From NCBI GenBank assembly GCA_903789535.1, contig CAIFES010000004.1, forward strand, positions 6,255 to 70,254: DNA of 64,000 nt, given 5' to 3'. Shown here one piece after another: positions 17,879 to 26,521 of the stretch. The stretch is from an uncultured Aeriscardovia sp. (GTDB lineage: Bacteria > Actinomycetota > Actinomycetes > Actinomycetales > Bifidobacteriaceae). Under the pieces are notes generated by a model. It was not told the origin of the DNA. It did no database searches and was given only the letters and a program-made list of their open reading frames with translations. Numbering within the stretch: position 1 is the first letter of the stretch; the number at the start of each line of letters is the position of its first letter. Both the position numbers and the translations under genes were made by a program.

Positions 17879-19477
17879 TCATGCCTTGTCGGCAGCGGCC
17901 TTCTTCGAGGTGGTCTTCTTGGCGGCGGTCTTGCGGGTCGTCTTCTTCGCCGTGCTCTTCTTGGCGGCGGAGGACTTGGCGGCCGAAGTGCTCTTGCGAG
18001 TGGTGGTCTTCTTGGCGGCCGTCTTTTTCGCCGCAGGCTTCTTGGCAGCAGTCTTCTTGGCCGGCTTGTCCTCGGCGGTCTCGTTGGAGCCCTCGGTGCC
18101 CGCGGCGGTCATGTTGTCGGCGACCGCGGCAGCAGCGGAGGCGGCCTGGACGGACTCCTCCTCGGCCTGCTTGGCACTCTCATCGGCCGGCAGATACTCG
18201 GACAGATCCACCTTCTTGCCGGACTCGTCAGAGAACTCGACCTGGCGCATACCCTCGATCATCGCCTTGGAACGGGCGACCTCGGTCACGGCGGCACCAA
18301 GCTGGTTCTGCTGGACGATGGAGCTGATGAACTGGTTCGGATCGAAGCCGTACGACTGGGCGATCTGTGCGAGGAAGTTCGTCACATCCTGCTGGGAGAC
18401 CTGCGTGTCGAAGTCCTCGGCGAGCTGGTCGAGGACCATCTGGTCGCGCAGCTCCTTCTCGGCCTCGTCCTTGGCCTTCTTCTTGTCCTCATCGGAGACC
18501 TTGGAGGCGTCGGCATTGATGTTGCGCACATGGTCGGAGACGAGCTGGTCGAGCACGCCGGCCGGGACCGGGATGTCGAGCCCTTCCTCGAGCTTGTCGA
18601 GGAACGCGTCACGCGCCTTCTGTGCCTGCTCGCCGCCGGCATCCTGCTCGGCCTGCTTTTTGACGGAGGCCTTCAGCTCCTTGAGGGTGTCGAACTCGGA
18701 CGCCTCCTTGGCGAAGTCGTCGTCGAGATCCGGCAGCTGCTCCTCCTTGACGGAGTTGACGGTGACCTCGATCGTCGCCTTCTCGCCCTTGTGCGGGCCG
18801 GAGGCGAGAGGGGCCTCGAAGGAGGTCTTCTCACCGGCGGTCAGGGTCTCGAGCGCGTCGTCCATGCCCTCGAGCATGTTGCCCGAACCGATCTGGTAGC
18901 TGACGCCGGACTGCTGGTCGACCTGCTTGCCGTCAATGGTGGCGGTCAGATCGATGTTGACGTAATCACCCTTCTTGGCGGCACGGTCGACGCCCACGAG
19001 GGTGCTGAAACGCTTGCGCAGCTGCTCGAGACGGTCATTGACCTGCTTGGCGGTGACCTTGACGTCCGGGACGGTGACCTTCATGCCCTTGGCAGACGGC
19101 AGCTTGAACTCCGGACGCACCTCGACCTCCGCGGTGAAGGTCAGCTTCTCGTCGTCATTGCGCTTTGTCGGGATCTTCTCGACGTTGAGCTCCGGCTGGT
19201 CCATCGGGTGCAGGTTCTTGGACTGCGCGGCGGTGGCGTACATATCGCCGATCGAATCATTGAGCGCGTAAGCGACCACGTTCGTGAAGCCGAGACGGGC
19301 GTCGATGACCTGGGCCGGCACATGGCCCTTGCGGAAGCCGGGGAACGACTGCTGGCGCGCGATCTGCTTGCGGGCGGCATCAAGATACGGATTGAGCTCA
19401 TCGGGCTCAAGGGTCACGGTCATCTTGACCTTGGTGGGCTCGAGCTTCTTGACTGTGGTTTTCACCGTGTACTCCAC
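17879..19477 (-). CDS. tig: Trigger factor with a Lys/Ala/Thr-rich C-terminal tail
   Basis: N-terminus VKTTVKKLEPTKVKMTVTLEPDEL...FPGFRKGHVP (ribosome-binding signature), with PPIase and C-terminal arm regions. GTG start. The 63-aa tail reads KPAKKTAAKKPAAKKTAAKK... Confidence 0.9.
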   Translation of the reverse strand: MEYTVKTTVKKLEPTKVKMTVTLEPDELNPYLDAARKQIARQQSFPGFRKGHVPAQVIDARLGFTNVVAYALNDSIGDMYATAAQSKNLHPMDQPELNVEKIPTKRNDDEKLTFTAEVEVRPEFKLPSAKGMKVTVPDVKVTAKQVNDRLEQLRKRFSTLVGVDRAAKKGDYVNIDLTATIDGKQVDQQSGVSYQIGSGNMLEGMDDALETLTAGEKTSFEAPLASGPHKGEKATIEVTVNSVKEEQLPDLDDDFAKEASEFDTLKELKASVKKQAEQDAGGEQAQKARDAFLDKLEEGLDIPVPAGVLDQLVSDHVRNINADASKVSDEDKKKAKDEAEKELRDQMVLDQLAEDFDTQVSQQDVTNFLAQIAQSYGFDPNQFISSIVQQNQLGAAVTEVARSKAMIEGMRQVEFSDESGKKVDLSEYLPADESAKQAEEESVQAASAAAAVADNMTAAGTEGSNETAEDKPAKKTAAKKPAAKKTAAKKTTTRKSTSAAKSSAAKKSTAKKTTRKTAAKKTTSKKAAADKA

Positions 19478-19512
19478 TTTCTCGAAAGTACGATAAAGTA
19501 CGCTTCTTGCTC

Positions 19513-20805
19513 TTACAGCAACCCTTGCATGGTAATGCCCGCAAGGGACGAGCCCACAAGGCGGATCTGCCAGTCTCGTGCGCCCTCCTGGCGCAGGAAA
19601 TCGTCGATCCGGTCGGCCGGGACCTCCTCCCAGCAGATCCGGCGGATGAGCCGAGGGCTGACCACCAGCTCGACCGGCACCTGCACATCCTGGGCGATAT
19701 CCGCCAGCGTGCGTCGCATGATCATCAGTCGCGCATAGCGTTCGGGCTGGTGCAGACGCCAGTATTTCATCGACCGTGGGGCTGCCGTGCCCTCGTGCTC
19801 CTGCGGGGCGGACGGCAGAGGCAGGCGCGAGATGGGCAGCCGCAGCGCCTGGATCACCGCACGGCGCCAGAGCCCCGGACGCACACGCTGCTGGAGCGGG
19901 ATATACCGCGCGAACATCTCCTCCTGGCCAGCATCGGTATGGATGTGCACACGCTGGTTGAGGCCGCGGATGGCGGCGAACTGCGCCTTGTTGTGCGGTT
20001 TGAGCCGCGCGGTCTCCACGATATCGGCGTCACGCAGCAGCAGCAGCGGGGAGATGTCGAGCTTCCTTGCCTGCCTGTCACGCACGGTCCACAGGCTGCG
20101 CACGATGGCCAGCGCCCGCCTGTCCGCCCCGAGCGTGGTGATATGCGAGGTGTGCCGCCACGGTTCCGGATCGGGCTCGGGTGTCGCCATGCCGCGGGCG
20201 AGGATGGCGGCGAATTCCTCGCGCGCCCAGTCGAGCTTGCCCTGTTTTTTCAGCTCGGCGACCATCGCGTGGCGCAGCTGGACGAGCAGTTCTACGTCGA
20301 GCGCCGCATAATTGCGCCAGTCGAGCGGAAGAGGCCGGAACGACCAGTCGGCCGCCGCATGCTCCTTGGCGAGGCTGTAGCCCAGAAAGTGCTCTGTGCA
20401 GTGCGACAGACCGGGACGCGGCAGACCGAGCAGACGGGCGGCGAACTCCGTGTCAAACAGCAGCGGCACCTGCAGCCCGAGGTCGCGGAAACTCGGAAGA
20501 TCCTGCGAGCCGTCATGCAGGATCCATTCGACCCCCTCCAACCGGTCGGTCAGATCGGCAAGACGGACCCCCGCCGCCTGCAGCGCGGGCACGTCGAACA
20601 GATAGGTGGCAGAGCCCTGTCGACGCAGCTGGAGCAGGTAATCACCGTGCGAGTAACGGTAGCTGGAGGCGCGCTCCGCATCGGCGGCAAGGGGGCCATC
20701 GGCGGCGCACAGGTCATCAAGCGCCGCGGCGAACCCCTCGGGCGTGTCGGTGACCTCGGGGATGCCGTCGCGCGGCTGGGCGAGAAAAGTGACCGTCCGC
20801 TCCAT
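19513..20805 (-). CDS. rnd: Ribonuclease D-like 3'-5' exonuclease with an HRDC domain
   Basis: DAERASSYRY, ILHDGSQDLP and AADWSFRPLP...YAALDVELL are DEDDy exonuclease motifs, and the C-terminal region is HRDC-like. The start ATG overlaps the upstream TGA in a GTGATG junction. Confidence 0.85.
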   Translation of the reverse strand: MERTVTFLAQPRDGIPEVTDTPEGFAAALDDLCAADGPLAADAERASSYRYSHGDYLLQLRRQGSATYLFDVPALQAAGVRLADLTDRLEGVEWILHDGSQDLPSFRDLGLQVPLLFDTEFAARLLGLPRPGLSHCTEHFLGYSLAKEHAAADWSFRPLPLDWRNYAALDVELLVQLRHAMVAELKKQGKLDWAREEFAAILARGMATPEPDPEPWRHTSHITTLGADRRALAIVRSLWTVRDRQARKLDISPLLLLRDADIVETARLKPHNKAQFAAIRGLNQRVHIHTDAGQEEMFARYIPLQQRVRPGLWRRAVIQALRLPISRLPLPSAPQEHEGTAAPRSMKYWRLHQPERYARLMIMRRTLADIAQDVQVPVELVVSPRLIRRICWEEVPADRIDDFLRQEGARDWQIRLVGSSLAGITMQGLL

Positions 20806-21842
20806 CACATCCGCCTGCCTGCGCCGTCAGCGCTGTCAGCGGTCTTCCTGCCGGCATGACCGGCACCGGACGCACTCCCACGGTTGCCGGAACCGCTGTT
20901 GCCGCTCGTATCCGCGGGTACGTCGCCGGTATCCGCGGATGCACCCGCCGGGGCCGCATCCCACACATGCAGGCTGCGGGCGACCTGGCCCGGAAGCGTC
21001 TGCCTCTGCTCGTCGAGAAGACGCTGCGCCTGCTCCTGGTTCATCCTCAGCGCCCGGCGCGACTGCTCGGCCCCCTCTTCCTGCCGGCGGCGTCGCTCCT
21101 GTTTATCACGGCGCGACTGCTGTTCGAAGTCGTCACGGTCCTTGTTGAAACGGGCGACCCGCTGCTCGAACGTGCCGTTCTCATCGTCGCCGACGACGCC
21201 GATCGCCGAAGTGTCGCCGAAGAACGCCGGTGGCACTCCGGCGCCGGCCCGCTGCTCGCGGTCGAGCTCCGCCTGCGAGGGCTGCTCGAGAAAATCGTTC
21301 CAGCTCGGCCAGTCGTCTGTGTCCTGGGAACGGGTGGACCCGGCGGAGGAGTCGGAGGTATCCGGGGTATCAGGATGTGGTGTGGTACCGCGTGATGTGC
21401 CGCTGCCAGTGCTGTCCGTCTGCGTCAGGGGGTCGCCACTCATGTCTGCCGAATGGGAGCCGCCTGACGGCAGACGCGCAGCACCGCTGCGGTTATCGTC
21501 AGGGGCCAGAGATGCAGACGCTTCATGAGCGGCATCCTGCCGGCTGCTTATCTCACTGCTGCGGGCGTCACGATCATCCCCGCGTTGCTCCGCCTTCTGC
21601 CGGGCCTGCTGGCGTGCCATCGCCTGTTCCTGGCGCAGCCACTGCGCGTTGCGCTCGCGGATGATCGCCGGTGCCTGCTCGGCCTCCTCGCGCGAGCGGT
21701 ACGGTCCCAGCAGCTTCTCGGTGCGCGAGACGCGACCGAACTCCGGCTTGTGGGTCTCGATGTTCCAATACCAGTACTTCTTGCGGAACGGCATCGTATC
21801 CCTGTCTGCCCCCGTTTCCATTCGTATCTGTCTGTCGGTCAT
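20805..21842 (-). CDS. Hypothetical protein: short conserved N-terminal module plus a long disordered, charged region
   Basis: N-terminal MPFRKKYWYWNIETHKPEFGRVSRTEKLLGPYRSREEAEQA, followed by Q/R/E-rich and S/D/G-rich low complexity. High third-position GC supports this frame. The start is ambiguous (21842, 21821 or 21794). Confidence 0.55.
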   Translation of the reverse strand: MTDRQIRMETGADRDTMPFRKKYWYWNIETHKPEFGRVSRTEKLLGPYRSREEAEQAPAIIRERNAQWLRQEQAMARQQARQKAEQRGDDRDARSSEISSRQDAAHEASASLAPDDNRSGAARLPSGGSHSADMSGDPLTQTDSTGSGTSRGTTPHPDTPDTSDSSAGSTRSQDTDDWPSWNDFLEQPSQAELDREQRAGAGVPPAFFGDTSAIGVVGDDENGTFEQRVARFNKDRDDFEQQSRRDKQERRRRQEEGAEQSRRALRMNQEQAQRLLDEQRQTLPGQVARSLHVWDAAPAGASADTGDVPADTSGNSGSGNRGSASGAGHAGRKTADSADGAGRRM

Positions 21843-21961
21843 GTCCGTCGACCGTCCGACCGTGTGCCTGTCGCCATGACGGCAGACAGCCTCTTGCACA
21901 CATGACAGGCGACATGCGCCCGACCTCTGCTGCCGACCTGCGATCGGTCTATGGCCGATTG

Positions 21962-23650
21962 TTACTGCCTGAACCGCGAGGTGACCGGGAGCCTGCGATC
22001 ACGGCCGAACGCGAGCGATGTCACCTTCGGACCGAGCGGGTACTGGCGCCTCTTCCATTCGGCCCGGTCGACAAGGCGCATCACCGTGTCCACCGTCTTT
22101 GCGTCGAACCCGTCGTGCAGCAGCTCCTGCCGGCCCTGGCTGCGCTCGATGTAGGCGGCGAGCACTTTGTCGAGCAGATGATAATCCGGCAGCGAGTCGG
22201 AATCCTTCTGGCCCGGATGCAGCTCGGCAGACGGCGGTTTGACGATCGAATTGACAGGGATCGGCTCTTTCTCGCCCCTCTCGTCCGCTTGGGCGTTGCG
22301 CCAGCGGGCAAGCTGCCACACACGCGTCTTGTACACGTCCTTGATCGGCGCGTAGCCGCCCACGGCATCACCGTAGATGGTGGAATAGCCGCAGGCGAGC
22401 TCCGATTTGTTGCCGGTGGCGAGCGTGAGCAGCCCTTGGGAGTTGGAGGCGGCCATGAGCAGCACGCCGCGGATGCGTGCCTGGATGTTCTCCTGCGCGA
22501 GCCCGGTCAGATGCAGCTGTGACTGGAAGGACTCGAAGAACGGTTCGATGGCCTGCGTGTGATAGTGGCATCCGAGATTCTCCGCCAGCTGCTCCGCATC
22601 CGTCTTGGACCCGTCGGACGAATAGCGAGAGGGCATGGAAATGCCCCACACATTCTGCGCGCCGAGGGCGTCCGCGGCGATCGTGGCGGTCAGCGCCGAG
22701 TCGATGCCGCCGGACAGCCCCAGCACCGCCCCGGTGAAGCCGTTCTTGCGCGCATAGTCGCGAAGACCCAGCACGAGGGCGTGGTAGACCTGCCAGTCCG
22801 ATGTCTGTGAGGGCACGATGGTGGTGATCGACGAGTCGAGCGAGTCGGCCTCAGTATGTGCGGGCAGCGTCCAGTATGACAGGTCCTCGGCAAACTGGGG
22901 GCTCGACTCGAGCAGACGGCCCGAAGGTGAGACGACGAAGCTGCCTCCGTCGAAGACGAGGTCATCCTGACCACCGACGAGATTGACATAGATGACCGGG
23001 GCCCCGACCTGCTGTGCCCGGCGCACGGCGAGCTCGCGGCGCGTGGAGATCTTGCCGTCCTCAAACGGCGAGCCGTTGATGGCCACGAGCACATCAATGT
23101 CCTCTCGGGCGAGCTCGGCCACGGGGCCGCCCTCCTGCCAGATGTCCTCGCAGATGGCCACGCCGAGCTTCTTGCCGCCGACGCTGAAAGTGAGGAAGTC
23201 GTCGCCCGGGCTGAAGATGCGGTATTCGTCGAAGACGCCGTAATTGGGCAGGAAATGCTTGTCGTATGTCTCCTGCACGCCGCCGTGCGAGAGGACGACG
23301 AGCGAGTTGCGCGGGTGGATCATGCCGTCGGTGCCACGATGGCTGTCCTGGCCGACGGTGCCGACGATCACGGTCAGATTCCCCAGACCGGCTTTGTCGA
23401 GGCTGACGGCGAGACGCTCCGCCTCCTCGCGGGCGGCTTTGCGGAACGAGGCACGGTAGGCGAGATCCTCGATCGGATAGCCGGTCAGGCACATCTCGGG
23501 AAAGACGACGACGTCGGCGCCGCCCTGCGCGGCTTTGGTGGCCGTCTCCAGCACCTTCTTGCCGTTGCCGGCGATGTCGCCCACGCACGCGTCGATCTGT
23601 GCGAGCGCGAAGGTGACAGGATGGACATCCTGTGTGTTTTCCTGGCTCAT
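21962..23650 (-). CDS. nadE: Glutamine-dependent NAD+ synthetase
   Basis: N-terminal CN-hydrolase domain (VVFPEMCLTGYP, GVAICEDIW) plus the PP-loop VLGLSGGIDSAL. GGAAGGGGAG lies upstream. Confidence 0.95.
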   Translation of the reverse strand: MSQENTQDVHPVTFALAQIDACVGDIAGNGKKVLETATKAAQGGADVVVFPEMCLTGYPIEDLAYRASFRKAAREEAERLAVSLDKAGLGNLTVIVGTVGQDSHRGTDGMIHPRNSLVVLSHGGVQETYDKHFLPNYGVFDEYRIFSPGDDFLTFSVGGKKLGVAICEDIWQEGGPVAELAREDIDVLVAINGSPFEDGKISTRRELAVRRAQQVGAPVIYVNLVGGQDDLVFDGGSFVVSPSGRLLESSPQFAEDLSYWTLPAHTEADSLDSSITTIVPSQTSDWQVYHALVLGLRDYARKNGFTGAVLGLSGGIDSALTATIAADALGAQNVWGISMPSRYSSDGSKTDAEQLAENLGCHYHTQAIEPFFESFQSQLHLTGLAQENIQARIRGVLLMAASNSQGLLTLATGNKSELACGYSTIYGDAVGGYAPIKDVYKTRVWQLARWRNAQADERGEKEPIPVNSIVKPPSAELHPGQKDSDSLPDYHLLDKVLAAYIERSQGRQELLHDGFDAKTVDTVMRLVDRAEWKRRQYPLGPKVTSLAFGRDRRLPVTSRFRQ

Positions 23651-23705
23651 GGTCTCCCCTTCCGCCGGTTCCGACTGTCTGCCTCAACGATAGCGGGCCG
23701 GCGCG

Positions 23706-24803
23706 TCAGTATTGCCGCGTGGGCAATGCGGCGCGGGCGGCGGCGGCATCGAACACGCGTGAGGAGACGGTCACCTCATCGGGCACGGTCTTTCCCTGCA
23801 GCACACGGGTGAGCGTCTCGGAAACTTTCTGTCCGATGAGCGGGTTGTATTCGACGGATCTGTCGATCGAACCGTTGATGACGGCCTGGAGACCGGCTTT
23901 TGTGCCGTCGATGGAGACGACGTGGATGGTGCCGGACTTGCCGGCATCGGCGATGGCCCGCGCGGCACCGATCGCCATCGCGTCGGACTGCGCGTAGACG
24001 AACCGCAGATCCCTGTCGGCGTATTGTGCGAGCAGTCCGGTCATGGTGGCGTAGGCCGTGTCCTGCGTCCAGTCCCCCGCGACGCTGGTGAGCACATGAA
24101 TATCCGTGTTCTGGCTGATGCGGTCGTCCCAGCCGTCCGTACGGTCCTGGCTCTGGCGCTGGCCGGTGGGGCCGGCGAGGACGACACCGTTGAGCCCGTC
24201 TGCACCGGCATCGGATGATGCGTCGGAGTCGGCGGCCGTGGTGTCATTGCTGCTGCGCAGACCGTTGTCGTAGAGGGAGGCGATATAGGAGGCTGCCTGG
24301 CGCCCGGCCCAGATATCCGAGGGGCCGACGAACGTGGTGACGAGCTTTTCCTCTTTTTTGGAGAGGTGGTGTGCCACGAGGATCACGGGGATGCGTGCCC
24401 GTCGTGCCTTGCGCAGCTCGCCGGCCCAGCCTGTGTTCTGCGTGGGCGCGAGGAGGATGGCGTCCGGCCTGGAGGAAAGCGCCTGCTCGAATTTTTCGAC
24501 CTGGGCGAGATGGTTCTTGCGGTTGACGGACGAGTAAGAGACGGAGTAGCCGACCTGCGCGAGCGTGTCGCGGGTGTCGGACTCGAGGGCGGAGAGGAAA
24601 CCGCCGAACGGGCCGATGCCGATGAACGCGATGGATTTTGATTGGAGGCTCTGCACCTGTTTCTGCGTCTGGGCCAGCCGCGCGTCGGAGGCGGTGGTCT
24701 GCTGTTGGGGCTGGGAGGAGCAGGCGGCGAGGCCGACGAGCAGGCCCAGCGAGGCGATCAGCGCCGATGCTGAACGCAGTATGTGCCGTGTGGGAGAGGT
24801 CAT
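23706..24803 (-). CDS. Sugar-binding lipoprotein (ABC-type periplasmic binding protein type I); no cognate permease or ATPase nearby
   Basis: Lipobox LLVGLAACSS and a ribose/galactose-binding-like body (IAFIGIG..., PVILVAHH..., YAQSDAMAIGAARAI, VVSIDGT). The start ATG overlaps the rarA TGA (GTGATG). Confidence 0.8.
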   Translation of the reverse strand: MTSPTRHILRSASALIASLGLLVGLAACSSQPQQQTTASDARLAQTQKQVQSLQSKSIAFIGIGPFGGFLSALESDTRDTLAQVGYSVSYSSVNRKNHLAQVEKFEQALSSRPDAILLAPTQNTGWAGELRKARRARIPVILVAHHLSKKEEKLVTTFVGPSDIWAGRQAASYIASLYDNGLRSSNDTTAADSDASSDAGADGLNGVVLAGPTGQRQSQDRTDGWDDRISQNTDIHVLTSVAGDWTQDTAYATMTGLLAQYADRDLRFVYAQSDAMAIGAARAIADAGKSGTIHVVSIDGTKAGLQAVINGSIDRSVEYNPLIGQKVSETLTRVLQGKTVPDEVTVSSRVFDAAAARAALPTRQY

Positions 24804-26521
24804 CACCGTGTTCCGCCTTTCGTGGAATGGCCGGCCAGGGGCTTTGTCGCCGACGTGCCGTCATCGTCATGATTTGCGTGTTCGGCCGGATTGCCGGCTT
24901 TGTCGCCATGTCGGTCGTCGGGCGCTGCGTGGGCGGACGACCACCGGCCGAGCCTCGGGTCGTTGGCCGGCGTGGGATCTGCGCCGCCCTTGCCGGGCGC
25001 GGGGTAGGAGCCGTCGGCGGCCGTGTCAGCGTGAAGGACAGTGCGCACGTAGGCGAGCCGGCGGCGGATCTGAGCCTCGTATCCGCGCTCTTTCGGCTCA
25101 TAATAGACCGTGCCGCGCAGACTTTCGGGCAGATATTCCTGCGGTGCCACATCCTCGGGCCAGTCGTGGGCGTAGCGGTAGCCGGCATGGTTGCCCCAGG
25201 AGGCCATGAGCTTTGTGGGGGCGTTTCTCAGATAGCGCGGCACCTGTCCGGATCGGCCGTTGTCCACATCCTCGAGTGCCTTGTTGATGGCGAGGTAGCT
25301 GGCGTTGGATTTTGGTGCGGTGGCGACGGCGATGGCCGCCTGGGAGAGGATGATGCGCGCCTCGGGCATGCCGACCATCGCCACGGCCTGCGCGGCGGCC
25401 ACCGTCAGCTCGAGCACCTCGGGGGAGGCCATGCCCACCTCCTCGCTGGCGGCGATCATGATGCGCCGGGCGATGAAGCGGGGGTCCTCCCCCGCCCGGA
25501 TCATGCGGGCGAGATAGTGCACGGCGGCATCCGGGTCCGATCCGCGCATCGATTTGATGAACGCGGAGGCCACGTCGTAGTGGTCGTCGCCTTTCTTGTC
25601 GTAGCGCAGCGTGGTGGACTGCATCACCTCGGAGACGGCGTCGGCGTCGATCACACGGTGGGCACCGTCATCGGTCTTGTTTTTGCCCCCGACGTTCTTC
25701 CCGCCGGCTTTGCTCTCACTGGTTGTTCGCCTATCGGCTTTGTTTTCGTCAGGGGTTGTCTCGTCGACAGCACCGGCGGCGGATTCGAGGATGGTCAGCG
25801 CCTTGCGGGCGTCTCCCCCGCTCAGGCGCAGTATCTCGTCCCGGGCACCGTCAGTGAGGCTGTAGCGGTCTTTCAGCCCGCGCGGGCTGGTGAGCGCCCG
25901 GGTGACGATGGCGGACAGACTCGCGGCGTCCAGCTCCGACAGGCGCACGACCACCGAGCGTGACAGCAGCGGCGAGATGACCGAGAAACTCGGGTTCTCC
26001 GTCGTGGCGGCGAGGAACGTCACATCACGGTTCTCCACGGCCGGCAGCAGCGCGTCCTGCTGGGATTTGGAGAAGCGATGCACCTCGTCGACGAACAGCA
26101 CCGTCTCGGTGCCGGTGGTGACAAGGCGCCGCCGTGCGCGGGCCAGCACCTCGCGCACCTCCTTGACGCCGGAGGTGACGGCGGAGATCTGCTCGAACGC
26201 GCGTCCCGAGGCGTGCGCGACGATGGTGGCGAGCGTGGTCTTGCCGACGCCGGGAGGGCCGAAGAGGATGACCGAGCTGGGCGAGGCGAGGCTGTCCGTG
26301 CCGACGGGCTGGGCGAGCTGACGCAGCGGCGAGCCGGGGGCGAGCGCCGCGTCCTGGCCGATCACCTCGTCGAGCGTGCGCGGACGCATGCGCACAGCGA
26401 GTGGGCGGGTCAGGCTTCCCGGGTCGCCCTGCGCGTCGAACAGATCCGGGGTGGTGTCCGCACTTGGGACAGAACCGTTTTTGCCGCGCCCCGCGGGCAT
26501 GTCAAACAGCGTGTCGTCCAT
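24803..26521 (-). CDS. rarA: Replication-associated recombination protein A (AAA+ ATPase) with low-complexity insert and tail
   Basis: Walker A GPPGVGKTTLA, LFVDEVHRF and the MgsA C-terminal helical domain (ALHYLARM-like VHYLARMIRAGEDP). The start overlaps the helicase stop. Confidence 0.9.
   Translation of the reverse strand: MDDTLFDMPAGRGKNGSVPSADTTPDLFDAQGDPGSLTRPLAVRMRPRTLDEVIGQDAALAPGSPLRQLAQPVGTDSLASPSSVILFGPPGVGKTTLATIVAHASGRAFEQISAVTSGVKEVREVLARARRRLVTTGTETVLFVDEVHRFSKSQQDALLPAVENRDVTFLAATTENPSFSVISPLLSRSVVVRLSELDAASLSAIVTRALTSPRGLKDRYSLTDGARDEILRLSGGDARKALTILESAAGAVDETTPDENKADRRTTSESKAGGKNVGGKNKTDDGAHRVIDADAVSEVMQSTTLRYDKKGDDHYDVASAFIKSMRGSDPDAAVHYLARMIRAGEDPRFIARRIMIAASEEVGMASPEVLELTVAAAQAVAMVGMPEARIILSQAAIAVATAPKSNASYLAINKALEDVDNGRSGQVPRYLRNAPTKLMASWGNHAGYRYAHDWPEDVAPQEYLPESLRGTVYYEPKERGYEAQIRRRLAYVRTVLHADTAADGSYPAPGKGGADPTPANDPRLGRWSSAHAAPDDRHGDKAGNPAEHANHDDDGTSATKPLAGHSTKGGTR

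Noticed and set aside
17735-19738. A 667-aa plus-strand ORF with Gly/Leu/Arg repeats.
   Set aside because: It lies antisense to tig, and its repeats mirror the Lys/Ala tail codons of Tig.
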